A program made the position numbers and the translations under genes. 64,000 nucleotides of DNA from a virus, in IMG/VR virus record IMGVR_UViG_3300032285_003468, positions 5,214 through 69,213 of that record; one strand, given 5' to 3'. Positions 1-8,769 of this stretch are shown here, in pieces. The notes below the pieces were generated by a model, which saw only the letters and a program-made list of their open reading frames with translations, had not been told where the DNA came from and did not search any database. The stretch's first letter is position 1, and each line of letters starts with the position of its first letter.

Positions 1-1704
1 GACGTCTACCTCGTCAGCATCGCCACTGACACAGGGGTTAAATTCGTCGGACACCCCAAAGACTTTGACTGGAGCCAAATTGCAGGCCCCGATTGGGCCT
101 GGCTTGCGCACAACGTCGGGTTCGATTGGCCCGTTTTTATGCGACTCCAGGAAATCGGAGTCGGAAATACTCAATCGGTTACCGAAATTAAAGACTGGTA
201 CGACACGGCAGATTTAACTGCATTCCTCGGATACCCAAGAAACCTGAAATCTGCGAGTTACTTCCTCCTCGGGGAAGAAATCTCGAAGGACGTACGAGAT
301 CAGATGAAAAACAAGCGTTGGGAGCAGATGACCCCCGATTTTCGCAAGAAAGTCGAGGACTATGCCCTCAAAGACGCTGAAAACTGCCTGAATATATGGC
401 TCCAACACGGGCACAAATGGCCCGAAAACGAGCGAGAAATCAGTCAAATGACCCGGGAAATGGCTTTCCGAGGCGTACCAATCGACGCAGAAGGGCTTAA
501 TCAAGACATCATCAAGCTAGAAACCGACCTTTTCAAGATTCGGTCAGGTATCCCTTGGAAAAACGACCCCCACAGGGATCCGGCCAAAGCCAAAAAAGGC
601 GAAACAATGGCCATCCTGTCGCCGATAGCGATCCGAGAGGAATGTCTCAAACACGGGTTGGTCGCACCAGTCTCTTTTGCGAAAGACGACCCGGAAGCTG
701 AGGCATTTTTTGAGGAGAACGCTGAAAAGCACCCCTGGGTGCGAGCAGTTCGCGACTATCGAGCAGCAGCCAAGCATCTGGCCACACTCAAGTCGATGCA
801 GACTCGTATGCGTGATAACGCATGGATGCCATACGGATTAAAATATATGGGGGCCCACACCGGGCGCGACAGCGGAGAGGCTGGGATTAACCTCCAGAAC
901 CTCCCCAAAGGCGTAGTCGCCGGAGTGGATGTCCGATCCAAAATCCAAGCACCCAAAGGCTATACTTTGGCCATCGTCGACCTGTCTCAGATCGAGCCTC
1001 GCTGCCTGCACTGGCTAGCCGACGACGTCAAAACCCTCGATTACATCCGCCAGATACCCGACCTCTACGAAGCCCAGGCTCGCGCTTGGGGAATCTGGGA
1101 CGGGGAAGGGGAGATGAAGAAATCAGCCCCAGATATACGACACATGATGAAACAGCTTGCACTCGGCCTGGGCTACGGCATGGGCCATCGCAAGTTCAAA
1201 GACGTAGCCGGGGTGCCGGAAGGAGAAGCTATCCGACTTACAGCCCTCTATCGCAAAAAGAATCCCAAGATCTTGGCGCTATGGAAGAAGCTAGAGAGTG
1301 GACTGAGCGATTCCCTCAAGGATCCGGACCGCACCTTCTATCTTCACCTACCCTCGGGCCGAACCATGAATTACCGCAACGTAACCCGGGAAGGCGACCG
1401 ACTATCGGCAGCTATCTCTCGTCAAGGAAAATTGATGCAGCAGGGATTTTGGGGCGGGGTCCTTACGGAAAATCTGGTACAGGCCACGGCACGCGAGGTA
1501 TTCATGTACCAGTGCGCTCAAATCGAGAAAGCCGGAATCCCGGTGCTCATGCGAGTTCACGACGAAGCGGTCTGCCTAGTGCCCGAGGAATCGGCTCAAG
1601 AAAGGCTTAATCAGATCATCGAGATCATGTCCACACCACCCGAGTGGGCTTCTGGTCTACCCCTATCCGCAGACGGTTCCCTATCTAAAGTCTACAAAAA
1701 ATAA
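1..1704 (+). CDS. DNA polymerase family A with 3'-5' exonuclease, 5'-truncated by window edge
   Basis: Frame open from base 1 (AHNVGFD exonuclease II motif before the ATG at 139); motif A DLSQIEPR, motif B RHMMKQLALGLGYG, motif C VHDE; HTGR and NLQNLP motifs. Confidence 0.95.
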   Translation, partial: DVYLVSIATDTGVKFVGHPKDFDWSQIAGPDWAWLAHNVGFDWPVFMRLQEIGVGNTQSVTEIKDWYDTADLTAFLGYPRNLKSASYFLLGEEISKDVRDQMKNKRWEQMTPDFRKKVEDYALKDAENCLNIWLQHGHKWPENEREISQMTREMAFRGVPIDAEGLNQDIIKLETDLFKIRSGIPWKNDPHRDPAKAKKGETMAILSPIAIREECLKHGLVAPVSFAKDDPEAEAFFEENAEKHPWVRAVRDYRAAAKHLATLKSMQTRMRDNAWMPYGLKYMGAHTGRDSGEAGINLQNLPKGVVAGVDVRSKIQAPKGYTLAIVDLSQIEPRCLHWLADDVKTLDYIRQIPDLYEAQARAWGIWDGEGEMKKSAPDIRHMMKQLALGLGYGMGHRKFKDVAGVPEGEAIRLTALYRKKNPKILALWKKLESGLSDSLKDPDRTFYLHLPSGRTMNYRNVTREGDRLSAAISRQGKLMQQGFWGGVLTENLVQATAREVFMYQCAQIEKAGIPVLMRVHDEAVCLVPEESAQERLNQIIEIMSTPPEWASGLPLSADGSLSKVYKK

Positions 1705-1708
1705 TCCT

Positions 1709-3874
1709 ATGAAATTGTTCTCTCTCCCAAACCTTACCAGTCACTCGGTCTCCATCGCCGACGACGTAACCCTAAGCACCGCCGTAAATCCCCGTCCAGG
1801 AAACCTGGACAAGAAGCAGTACAACGACTGGTGCAGAGCCTCCTCAACGCAGAGTAACTTTATCTCCGCATGGGAAGGTCTCAACCCCCAGGGACGTGTA
1901 GTAGCTCAGAACCCCGGCCGCTTGCTGCATGGGATCATTGCCGACTACGACAACCCCAACGCAACGTCACTTCTACAAGATCTCCCAAAGAACACCGGAC
2001 ACCTGCCGACATGGGTGATCGATAGCTTTACCCCCGGGAAGTGCCGTCTGATCTGGCCCTTCGAGGTTCCTGTCAACGCCTACAACCCGGAGCTGACAAA
2101 AACCTTCCTGAAGGTTCTCAACGAGAAGATCAAAATTAGCGAAGCACTGCCCGGATTTGATGAATCCAGTTGGAAAGATACTCAGTACTTCGAGATGGGC
2201 ACCAACTGGAGGAACGTCACCGGGGCCGCCCCAATCCCAGAAGCCGTTCTACTCCAATGCATGATGGAGGCAGGAATGCGCAAGCCTGTCGAAAGCGGCG
2301 ACGTCGAGATCCCCATGGATGTCGTTGCCGAAGAGGTGGAGAAGCGTTGGCCAGGTCGTTGGCCAGTTGGTAACTTCATGGAGGGTGCCGTAGGACCCCT
2401 CTTCTGGGTAGAGCCTTTCGTCAATCACCGTAGCTGCTCAGTCGCCGCCAACGGAATGATCTGCTATTCCGACCGCGCCGCCAGCAACTTCATGCCATGG
2501 CGTGCAATCTTTGGAAACAAGTTCGTCGAGAAATACGAGCTAGACCGCGCTGCCAAGCTAGCAGACATGTTCTGGTTCGACGGAAACAACTACTGGTCAG
2601 ATCGCAATACCCCGGGCTTCTGGAGGACTGTTAACCGAACCGACGCTCAGATCCCAATCAAGAAAGCCGGGTGCAACCCCAGGCCGAAGAAGGGTCAGCA
2701 GGTCTCAGAGGTTGAAGAAGTTCTCAACTACATCCAAGAGCAGCGCCGGGTGAACTGCGCGGTACCCCTCCTCTTCGAGAGTGAGAAGCTAGTCGAATAC
2801 AACGGAAAGCGACTCCTCAATATCTCCAGCAAGCAGGTAATGCAGCCAGCGGAATCCGGAGACCCGGAACAATTCCCTTGGATCTACGACTTCGTGATGA
2901 ACGCCTTTGACGGCGCACAAAGCGGTGTCCCGGCCAAAGAATACTTTATCGCATGGTTCAAGAGGTTCTACGAAAGCAGCTACCAGCAGGACCCACAACA
3001 GGGTCAGTCGATCGTCATCGCTGGCGAAGCACACGCCGGTAAGAGCTTCTTTGCCAACTGGATTATCGGGAAAGCAATGGGCGGTAGCTGCGATGCCTCC
3101 GATATCCTCCTGGGAAACACCAAGTTTAACGAGAATGCCGCACATAACGCCGTATGGCTCTGCGACGACGCAGTAGCCCAGGGCGACTTAAAGACACGCC
3201 AGGAGCTAGCCCTCCGTCTCAAGGCAATGGCAGCCAAACCAATGATGCGCTACGAACCCAAGTTCGTGAACGCAGTCGACCTACCCTTCAAGGGCCGGGT
3301 TATCGTCTGCGGAAACATCGATCCGGAATCCCTGCGCATCCTCCCCACCATGGACGGAACGATCAAGGACAAGATCATGCTCTTCCGTATCGACCCCAAG
3401 TATCGGCCGCATTTCTTCAACAAAAACTCCGACAACGAGAGCCGGGCGGTAAACGAATTACCCTTCTTCTTGCGCTGGATCCTCAACTACGAAGTAGACT
3501 CCAGGGTAGTAGACCGGGACAACACTCGCTTCTCAGTCAAGAGCTTCCACCACCCAACCCTCGTGTTAGCCGCAAACGTGGAACAGCCTGAGGCACGACT
3601 CGCCGAAATCATCTCTCTCACAATGGAGACGATCAAGGGAGACGTGAAGAAAGGGGCGGTAGTAACAATGACCTCCACCGAGTTCTGCCAGGCCGTCCAC
3701 ACAGCCCAGCTTAACTCCCACCTTCAACAACTTGGGGGAATCCGGAACGTTGGGAAATTACTTCACAAAGTGGTCGAACAGAAGTTATCACCTTTCCTGA
3801 CACAACAACCCAAAGTATCCGGCGGATATCACAAGTACACTTTCGACCCCCACGCAGAGGACATAACTCCATGA
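1709..3874 (+). CDS. Primase-helicase (N-terminal primase-like, C-terminal SF3/DUF5906-like NTPase)
   Basis: 721 aa directly after the polymerase; Walker A GEAHAGKS, Walker B VWLCDD; N-terminal IIADYD. Confidence 0.8.
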   Translation: MKLFSLPNLTSHSVSIADDVTLSTAVNPRPGNLDKKQYNDWCRASSTQSNFISAWEGLNPQGRVVAQNPGRLLHGIIADYDNPNATSLLQDLPKNTGHLPTWVIDSFTPGKCRLIWPFEVPVNAYNPELTKTFLKVLNEKIKISEALPGFDESSWKDTQYFEMGTNWRNVTGAAPIPEAVLLQCMMEAGMRKPVESGDVEIPMDVVAEEVEKRWPGRWPVGNFMEGAVGPLFWVEPFVNHRSCSVAANGMICYSDRAASNFMPWRAIFGNKFVEKYELDRAAKLADMFWFDGNNYWSDRNTPGFWRTVNRTDAQIPIKKAGCNPRPKKGQQVSEVEEVLNYIQEQRRVNCAVPLLFESEKLVEYNGKRLLNISSKQVMQPAESGDPEQFPWIYDFVMNAFDGAQSGVPAKEYFIAWFKRFYESSYQQDPQQGQSIVIAGEAHAGKSFFANWIIGKAMGGSCDASDILLGNTKFNENAAHNAVWLCDDAVAQGDLKTRQELALRLKAMAAKPMMRYEPKFVNAVDLPFKGRVIVCGNIDPESLRILPTMDGTIKDKIMLFRIDPKYRPHFFNKNSDNESRAVNELPFFLRWILNYEVDSRVVDRDNTRFSVKSFHHPTLVLAANVEQPEARLAEIISLTMETIKGDVKKGAVVTMTSTEFCQAVHTAQLNSHLQQLGGIRNVGKLLHKVVEQKLSPFLTQQPKVSGGYHKYTFDPHAEDITP

Positions 3875-4062
3875 AATACCGAATTACAAAAAACGGAAAC
3901 GACGAGTATTTTATCGAAAGGAAAGTTTTATTCAGTTGGGGCCGGGTAGGGGGAGTTTACGACAACTATCGATATTACTCTTTGCGGGGAGCCCAGGAAG
4001 CATTGAAAGAACTTCTAGGGAGCCGAAAGTTTACCGTCGTCTGGGAAGGAGAAGTCAAATGA
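3871..4062 (+). CDS. Hypothetical protein
   Basis: 63-aa ORF with ATGA overlap on the primase-helicase stop. Confidence 0.7.
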   Translation: MKYRITKNGNDEYFIERKVLFSWGRVGGVYDNYRYYSLRGAQEALKELLGSRKFTVVWEGEVK

Positions 4063-4277
4063 GCGCATACACCGAGACCAACTTCAACGCCTGCCTGGAT
4101 CACATCATCGAGATCAAGAACCAGCGTGACGAAGCGATCCGGATTGCCACCCTATTAGAAATGTTGGCCGAAGAGGATCTGCCGGAGTACCATCCGGAGT
4201 TCGGACTACTGGGGAAACGACTCTCGGACCTGAAGCTCAAGGTAATTGCGTACCAGAACAAGCTACAGAAAAAATGA
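4059..4277 (+). CDS. Hypothetical protein
   Basis: ATG at 4059 overlaps the previous stop (ATGA); 72 aa MSAYTETNF... Confidence 0.7.
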   Translation: MSAYTETNFNACLDHIIEIKNQRDEAIRIATLLEMLAEEDLPEYHPEFGLLGKRLSDLKLKVIAYQNKLQKK

Positions 4278-4713
4278 ATTTCGGAAGACAGACGGGTGTC
4301 CCGATTGGGGCTGCCACGAGTGCAAAATACAACGAGAACAAAAAAACCAATAGGTTATTTGAGGTCTTGGGAGTTTTGGGGAAACGCTCGGAACAACTTG
4401 AAGCAACCCGTCTGTCTTTCGTTCTCTTCTGGCACCGGTGGGCATCAACTTGCAGCTTGTGTAATGAAATGATTACCCGGCGTTAATAAAACGACGCCGT
4501 ATTTTTAACAGGGTCAGATAAGCACAGCATGCTAGGGTTACTATTCATAAGTGGTGGAAGTGCTTTACCATCAAAGTCTAGTAGGGTGTCCGGTTTATTC
4601 AGACTTGTCAGAAACTCTGTATAGTTTTTCCGTCAGATGTTCCCGATCGCGCACATTCGTTATGAGTTAACGATCATAAACAGGGATTATACCCGCTCGG
4701 TAATAAAACCCCA

Positions 4714-4771
4714 GAAAAGGCGAGTTAAGGCACCCGATCGGGGTTAAAACACCCGAAAAGGCGAGTTAAGG
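4714..4771 (+). repeat. 17-bp direct repeat GAAAAGGCGAGTTAAGG x2
   Basis: Exact copies at 4714-4730 and 4755-4771, just upstream of the promoter at 4809. Confidence 0.9.
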
Positions 4772-4808
4772 GGCCAAAAACGTAACGCAATCCAAGTTAA
4801 CGGAAACC

Positions 4809-4836
4809 TTGACAGATATTGATAAGTGCATAGGAT
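4809..4836 (+). promoter_or_regulatory. Sigma70-like promoter for the candidate ncRNA
   Basis: TTGACA (4809-4814), 16 nt, TAGGAT (4831-4836); no credible ORF downstream. Confidence 0.6.
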
Positions 4837-4840
4837 TTGT

Positions 4841-5111
4841 AACGCCTGACCACTTTGCGGCCAATGGACGCAGGAGCGAGGGCTTTGGATTCCTCCCGGG
4901 GATCTTCGGTGAACCGGTGCGCTGATCGAAAGGTTGGCCGTTAAAATCGGGGGAGGCAGTGAGGGGTCTTGCGTAGGCGGGCAAACCACCGTTGTGTTAG
5001 GCAAATGCCGAAGAGATAGCGACCTGACCCTCCCCCGACCCTTGTAGTAGTTCACAAGCATATCTCCGTTCACGGTAGCGTAAACGCTACAACCCTAGTG
5101 AACGATTTTTT
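4841..5111 (+). ncRNA. Candidate structured non-coding RNA, about 270 nt, with pseudoknot
   Basis: Several complementary helices (4843-47/4975-79, 4868-75/4967-74, 4921-27/4932-38 with GAAA loop, 4947-56/5029-38, 5013-20/5058-66, 5067-73/5098-5104); bounded by promoter and T tract. Confidence 0.6.
5067..5111 (+). terminator. Intrinsic terminator-like stem closing the ncRNA
   Basis: CGTTCAC/GTGAACG stem enclosing GTAGCG-TAAA-CGCTAC, followed by ATTTTTT. Confidence 0.55.
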
Positions 5112-5399
5112 GGGTTTTCGTGCATTAGATCATAGCCTAATCGAACCGACGATTGTTTAGATTATAGTCGATAGATGAAGCGTGAGTTGATTATCTCGCG
5201 CAGAAATAATCACCCATGAGGGGAATTCTAATACCCTGGATAAACAACCCGGCCCGATTGATTCGATCCGTTCGATCTCCGGTTTGCGTTTAAAGAAGAA
5301 GTTAAGTAATTGTTATATTGCAACCCTGCATCCCCGTGTCCCTGATCCATTATTTCCGATGTTTGCTAACATTGTGCAGGACTTAACTTTCCTGGGTTG

Positions 5400-5790
5400 C
5401 AGGGTTGCAGGGTACTTAACGTATTTATTCAACTAAAAAGTGGGGGATGTAATTTTCATCCACCATGGGTTTTGGCTCATCCACCAATTTACAAGACACT
5501 GTAGACAAGGACTTTGCGACAGCCCAGGTGGATTGGTGGATGAAGTGGGTCATTTTGGAACCGCTAATAATATGTAATGTGTATAATCATAATAATATAA
5601 CATCTATCTTTTTCTATATCTATTCTATTCTATCAATTTTAAACATTTTAATCCACTCATCCACCAATAGAAAAATAAATATATGAAAATCAAGGACTTA
5701 GCTTTGGTGGATGAAAATTTTTATATCCACCAGTTGATCCACCACATCCACCAATCGTCTTTGGCCTGTGTCTGGTACCCTGCAACCCTG
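5400..5790. repeat. Origin-like region: 16-bp inverted repeats around about 9 ATCCACCA-type iterons and an AT-rich core
   Basis: CAGGGTTGCAGGGTAC (5400-5415) and GTACCCTGCAACCCTG (5775-5790) are perfect reverse complements; ATCCACCA or TGGTGGAT near 5458, 5479, 5534, 5659, 5705, 5725, 5737, 5746; AT-rich 5565-5690. Confidence 0.75.
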
Positions 5791-6138
5791 TCGCATTTGT
5801 GCCCGGCGACCCGGTACCTAGAAAGCCCCGCCGTGGCCCGTATTGCCGCCCAGGACTCCTCGGAACGTCTCAATAAGGTGATGACAGCGGACCCACCCCA
5901 TTTTACTCAGACGGCTTTTTAAAATGCCCCGTAAACGTCTTTAAATTGTCTGTATCGAGTTTTTCTCTGTTACCAGGTTGCCCTGGTGCAGGGTTTTTGT
6001 CCGGCCTGGTCAGCCAGCCTGGGGTTTGTATACCGGAACATCCGGAACAAAAATTTTGCTAACCCTTCATTCTACTAGCGCTGCCTCGTGGGAGCCCCCT
6101 ACCCACCCAGGGGACGGCGGGGGGTCCTGGCTCTCTGA

Positions 6139-6771
6139 TCAGACACAACCTGGGCCGGTCGCGTCGGGGTCGTCGTCAGAGTCGGAACCGGGTTGGGTAC
6201 CCGGTGCCCCCCTCTGTAGGACCGGGGTTGGTGACGCCTCGGTGACGCATTCCTCCACCATCAGACCCTCGACTATGTCATCTTGCGAGGCCCGGAGTCG
6301 GTCGTTGACTACCTGAAGCTGAACGATGGTGGATGCCTTGCTCTCCTCTGTATCGAGGCCCAGAGCCCGGCGCGTCAGGTCGTCGAGGATCTTCATATCC
6401 TTCCAGTTTCGGGGCGGTGCGATCACCGACTGCGAGAAGATCTTGAAAAACTTGTCCGCCGCCCTCTCCCGGTAGCTTTTGGACAGGGTCTCAAGGTCCG
6501 TTGTAGATGAAGCGCCGGGTCCCGGAACCAACACTCCCTCATTAAGCTGTTCCGAAAGAGAGGAATTCTCTGCAACCCTGTTTTCATGCGCCCGGGTGAC
6601 CTTTTGAATCTTATTCGCGAGTCTCTGGGGAGTGTTCCAATGCTCCCGGGATGATCGCATCCGGATTGTGTGGGGAGAGATGTTGAAGAGCTTGGCGACT
6701 TCCTGTTGGCTGGTGCCTTTTTCGCATGCTTCGCGGATCTCTTTCCAAGGTACGTTTAGAGCTTTTCCCAT
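6139..6771 (-). CDS. Terminase small subunit-like HTH protein
   Basis: N-terminus WKEIREACEKGTSQQEVAKLFNISPHTIRMRSSREHW has the typical TerS HTH pattern; acidic disordered tail. Confidence 0.7.
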   Translation of the reverse strand: MGKALNVPWKEIREACEKGTSQQEVAKLFNISPHTIRMRSSREHWNTPQRLANKIQKVTRAHENRVAENSSLSEQLNEGVLVPGPGASSTTDLETLSKSYRERAADKFFKIFSQSVIAPPRNWKDMKILDDLTRRALGLDTEESKASTIVQLQVVNDRLRASQDDIVEGLMVEECVTEASPTPVLQRGAPGTQPGSDSDDDPDATGPGCV

Positions 6772-6797
6772 GAGGTGTTATGTGGTGGAGGCGTTGC

Positions 6798-6826
6798 CTC
6801 ATACCCTGCAACCCTGCATCTGTCAA
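6798..6826 (-). promoter_or_regulatory. Putative terS promoter with a CCCTGCAA repeat in the spacer
   Basis: Minus strand TTGACA (6826-6821), 17 nt, TATGAG; the spacer is the TACCCTGCAACCCTG motif also flanking the origin-like region. Confidence 0.45.
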
Positions 6827-6884
6827 CACTGAAATCCTGCGACCGGGAGGCAGGTTGCAAGGTTACCGGGCATGGAGAGTTACC

Positions 6885-7052
6885 ATGAACAACTTGATCA
6901 ACATCCTCTTCTTCTCCTTCATCATCCTGACCATTGCCGCTGGCGCTTGCTTCATCCTCTCCGCTGTCCTTGCAAGCCCTGTCCTGCTTGTCACTTGCTT
7001 TGCTCTCTTTGTTTTGGAGTTGTTCCTCGGCCTGATCATCTCCTGCCTCTAA
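6885..7052 (+). CDS. Small membrane protein
   Basis: 55 aa, almost entirely hydrophobic (MNNLINILFFSFII...). Confidence 0.6.
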   Translation: MNNLINILFFSFIILTIAAGACFILSAVLASPVLLVTCFALFVLELFLGLIISCL

Positions 7053-7101
7053 ATCACCCGGCATTAACTACTGACAGAACATCAACCCCAACCCTGAAAC
7101 C

Positions 7102-7332
7102 ATGACCAACATCAAGAAAGCCCAAGTTGAAATTGCCCACGCCATCCGCGCCTACATCAAGGAAGCAAAGAGCCGGGGCGTAGTCGGGGTGACCCTCGAT
7201 CACCTCTTCCTTTGCGTCCCTGCTGTCCCGGAGGCTTACCGCGCCTTCGCCGGGACCAACGGACGCTACTTCTACAAGCAGGAATTCTACGTTGTCGCCG
7301 GGAAGGTTGCCCGTCACTTCCTGATCGGCTGA
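7102..7332 (+). CDS. Hypothetical early protein
   Basis: 76 aa between repeat copies 7056 and 7332. Confidence 0.8.
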   Translation: MTNIKKAQVEIAHAIRAYIKEAKSRGVVGVTLDHLFLCVPAVPEAYRAFAGTNGRYFYKQEFYVVAGKVARHFLIG

Positions 7333-7360
7333 CCCGGCATGTAACCCTGAACACCTCACC

Positions 7361-7453
7361 ATGACCACCACCATCCAACCTCGCCCACCTATCGGAGCCG
7401 CTGAATACTCACGCATTCTTCAGGCTAAAATCGCCTCCGCTCGTAAATCCTAA
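7361..7453 (+). CDS. Small peptide, 30 aa (MTTTIQPRPP...)
   Basis: ATG 29 nt after repeat 7332 with CACCATG context; below ORF-track cutoff. Confidence 0.55.
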   Translation: MTTTIQPRPPIGAAEYSRILQAKIASARKS

Positions 7454-7473
7454 CCCCAACACCCTGAACCACC

Positions 7474-7623
7474 ATGCATAGCATCCAAGAAATCCGATAC
7501 GCTAATTTAAACGCGGCCCGAAAGGCCCGGGCCCGGGCGCTGGTAAAGCGCCGCGAGGCGGCCCAGAGGGTGATTGCCGAGAGGCTCGCCATCTCCCGGG
7601 GAATCCCTGTCTGCCACCGATAA
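7474..7623 (+). CDS. Small basic protein, 49 aa (MHSIQEIRYAN...)
   Basis: Same A/C-rich leader (CCCTGAACCACCATG) as its neighbours. Confidence 0.6.
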   Translation: MHSIQEIRYANLNAARKARARALVKRREAAQRVIAERLAISRGIPVCHR

Positions 7624-7650
7624 GTTAACCTCCAACACCTGAACATCACC

Positions 7651-7926
7651 ATGAAGATTGCCTACTTTAACCGCTTCCACATTGAACTTCCCGAGGATGC
7701 CGTCCGGGATTGCCACCATCAGGGTGCATGCGATCAAGACGTTGCCCATTGGCACCGCAAGTTGCCCGACCTCTTCGCCGGGGTCGACGCGGATGAGATC
7801 CGCTCCGAGTTGGCCGAGTATGGCGCATGGGACGCGGAAGAACTCGCGGACCCGGTGGAGAATGAGAAGCGCCTTCTCTGGATCGCGGCCGGGAACATCC
7901 AAGAAGAAGAGCGTCTGGAGGATTGA
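7651..7926 (+). CDS. Hypothetical early protein
   Basis: 91 aa, acidic, ELAEYGAWDAEEL; stop followed by repeat 7931. Confidence 0.8.
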   Translation: MKIAYFNRFHIELPEDAVRDCHHQGACDQDVAHWHRKLPDLFAGVDADEIRSELAEYGAWDAEELADPVENEKRLLWIAAGNIQEEERLED

Positions 7927-7975
7927 GTCCACCCGGCATGTAACCCTGAAGACCTGAACCCCAACACCCTGAACC

Positions 7976-8104
7976 ATGAAGACCATCAAGAACCTCCTTA
8001 TCGCCCTGTTCTGGGCACTCCTGATCCCGGTGATCGCTATCTCCCTGACGCGCTGGATCCATCAGCATGACCTCGCCATGGAGAGGGCCTACTCTGGGAA
8101 GTAG
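7976..8104 (+). CDS. Small single-TM protein, 42 aa
   Basis: MKTIKNLLIALFWALLIPVIAISL...; flanked by repeats 7931 and 8106. Confidence 0.7.
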   Translation: MKTIKNLLIALFWALLIPVIAISLTRWIHQHDLAMERAYSGK

Positions 8105-8157
8105 CACCCGGCATGTACTGCTGACAGCACCTGAACCTTCAACCCTAACACCTGACC

Positions 8158-8370
8158 ATGAGCCAACATCACCTGAACTCCTACTGCATCGTCCGCTTCG
8201 TCCACAATGTCGGCCGCGACATTGTCCTCCGGGGCCTGACCTACGAGGAAGCACTCGAACATTGCAACGATCCCGAGACCTCCTCCACCACCTGCTCCCG
8301 GGAGACCTCAAAGCGTCTCGACCTCGTCGGGTTTGATTGGTTCGACGGGTTCGAGAGGGAGTTGATCTGA
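8158..8370 (+). CDS. Hypothetical early protein
   Basis: 70 aa; stop codon overlaps repeat 8370. Confidence 0.8.
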   Translation: MSQHHLNSYCIVRFVHNVGRDIVLRGLTYEEALEHCNDPETSSTTCSRETSKRLDLVGFDWFDGFERELI

Positions 8371-8420
8371 CCCGGCATGTACTGCTGACAGCACCAACCC
8401 TTCAACACCTGACCCTCACC

Positions 8421-8723
8421 ATGAAAAACCTGTTCCTCATCTCTCGCACCTTTGATGTCGTCACCCCCGAAAGCGCCCAAGAGGGGGACATTGCAGATAG
8501 CGGTTTCATCTTCAAGGACCGCCCGGCAACCCTCCGGGAGTGCCTCGACGAGGTGAAGACCCTCGGCGGGATCGACTACCATGACGGGGAGAACTTCTAC
8601 CCCTGCGACTCCTCGGTCGACTACTGCACCGGGGAAAGCACCCGGGAGTTTGTCCACATTCGCGCCCTGACTCCCTCCGCCGGGAGAGCATGGAACCGGG
8701 CGCTCGCCATCGTGAACCTCTGA
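8421..8723 (+). CDS. Hypothetical early protein
   Basis: ATG 8421 after standard leader; 100 aa; stop overlaps repeat 8723. Confidence 0.8.
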   Translation: MKNLFLISRTFDVVTPESAQEGDIADSGFIFKDRPATLRECLDEVKTLGGIDYHDGENFYPCDSSVDYCTGESTREFVHIRALTPSAGRAWNRALAIVNL

Positions 8724-8769
8724 CCCGGCATGTACCGCTGAACACTTAACCCTTCAACACCCGACCATC

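Noticed and set aside
4841-4980. glmS ribozyme, RNase P, tmRNA or 6S identity for the candidate RNA
   Set aside because: Only loose similarity to glmS (CGCCUGAC, GACG, GGCGG); the diagnostic sequences of these families are not present in order; left unassigned
5003-5010. ATGCCG in the RNA complementary to the repeat, as a guide
   Set aside because: A 6-nt match is expected by chance
5465-5922. ORFs 5465-5686 and 5683-5922
   Set aside because: They translate iteron and AT-rich DNA into biased sequence; better explained as origin DNA
6865-6876. ACCGGGCATGGA as a 16th repeat copy
   Set aside because: Two mismatches, no N4-TGA and only 20 nt before the ATG; not counted
7332-7350. Repeat as sigma54 or sigma70 promoter
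   Set aside because: GGCATG recalls the -24 box but no GC follows at 10 nt; the TA-N4-T spacing does not fit TAnnnT and there is no conserved -35
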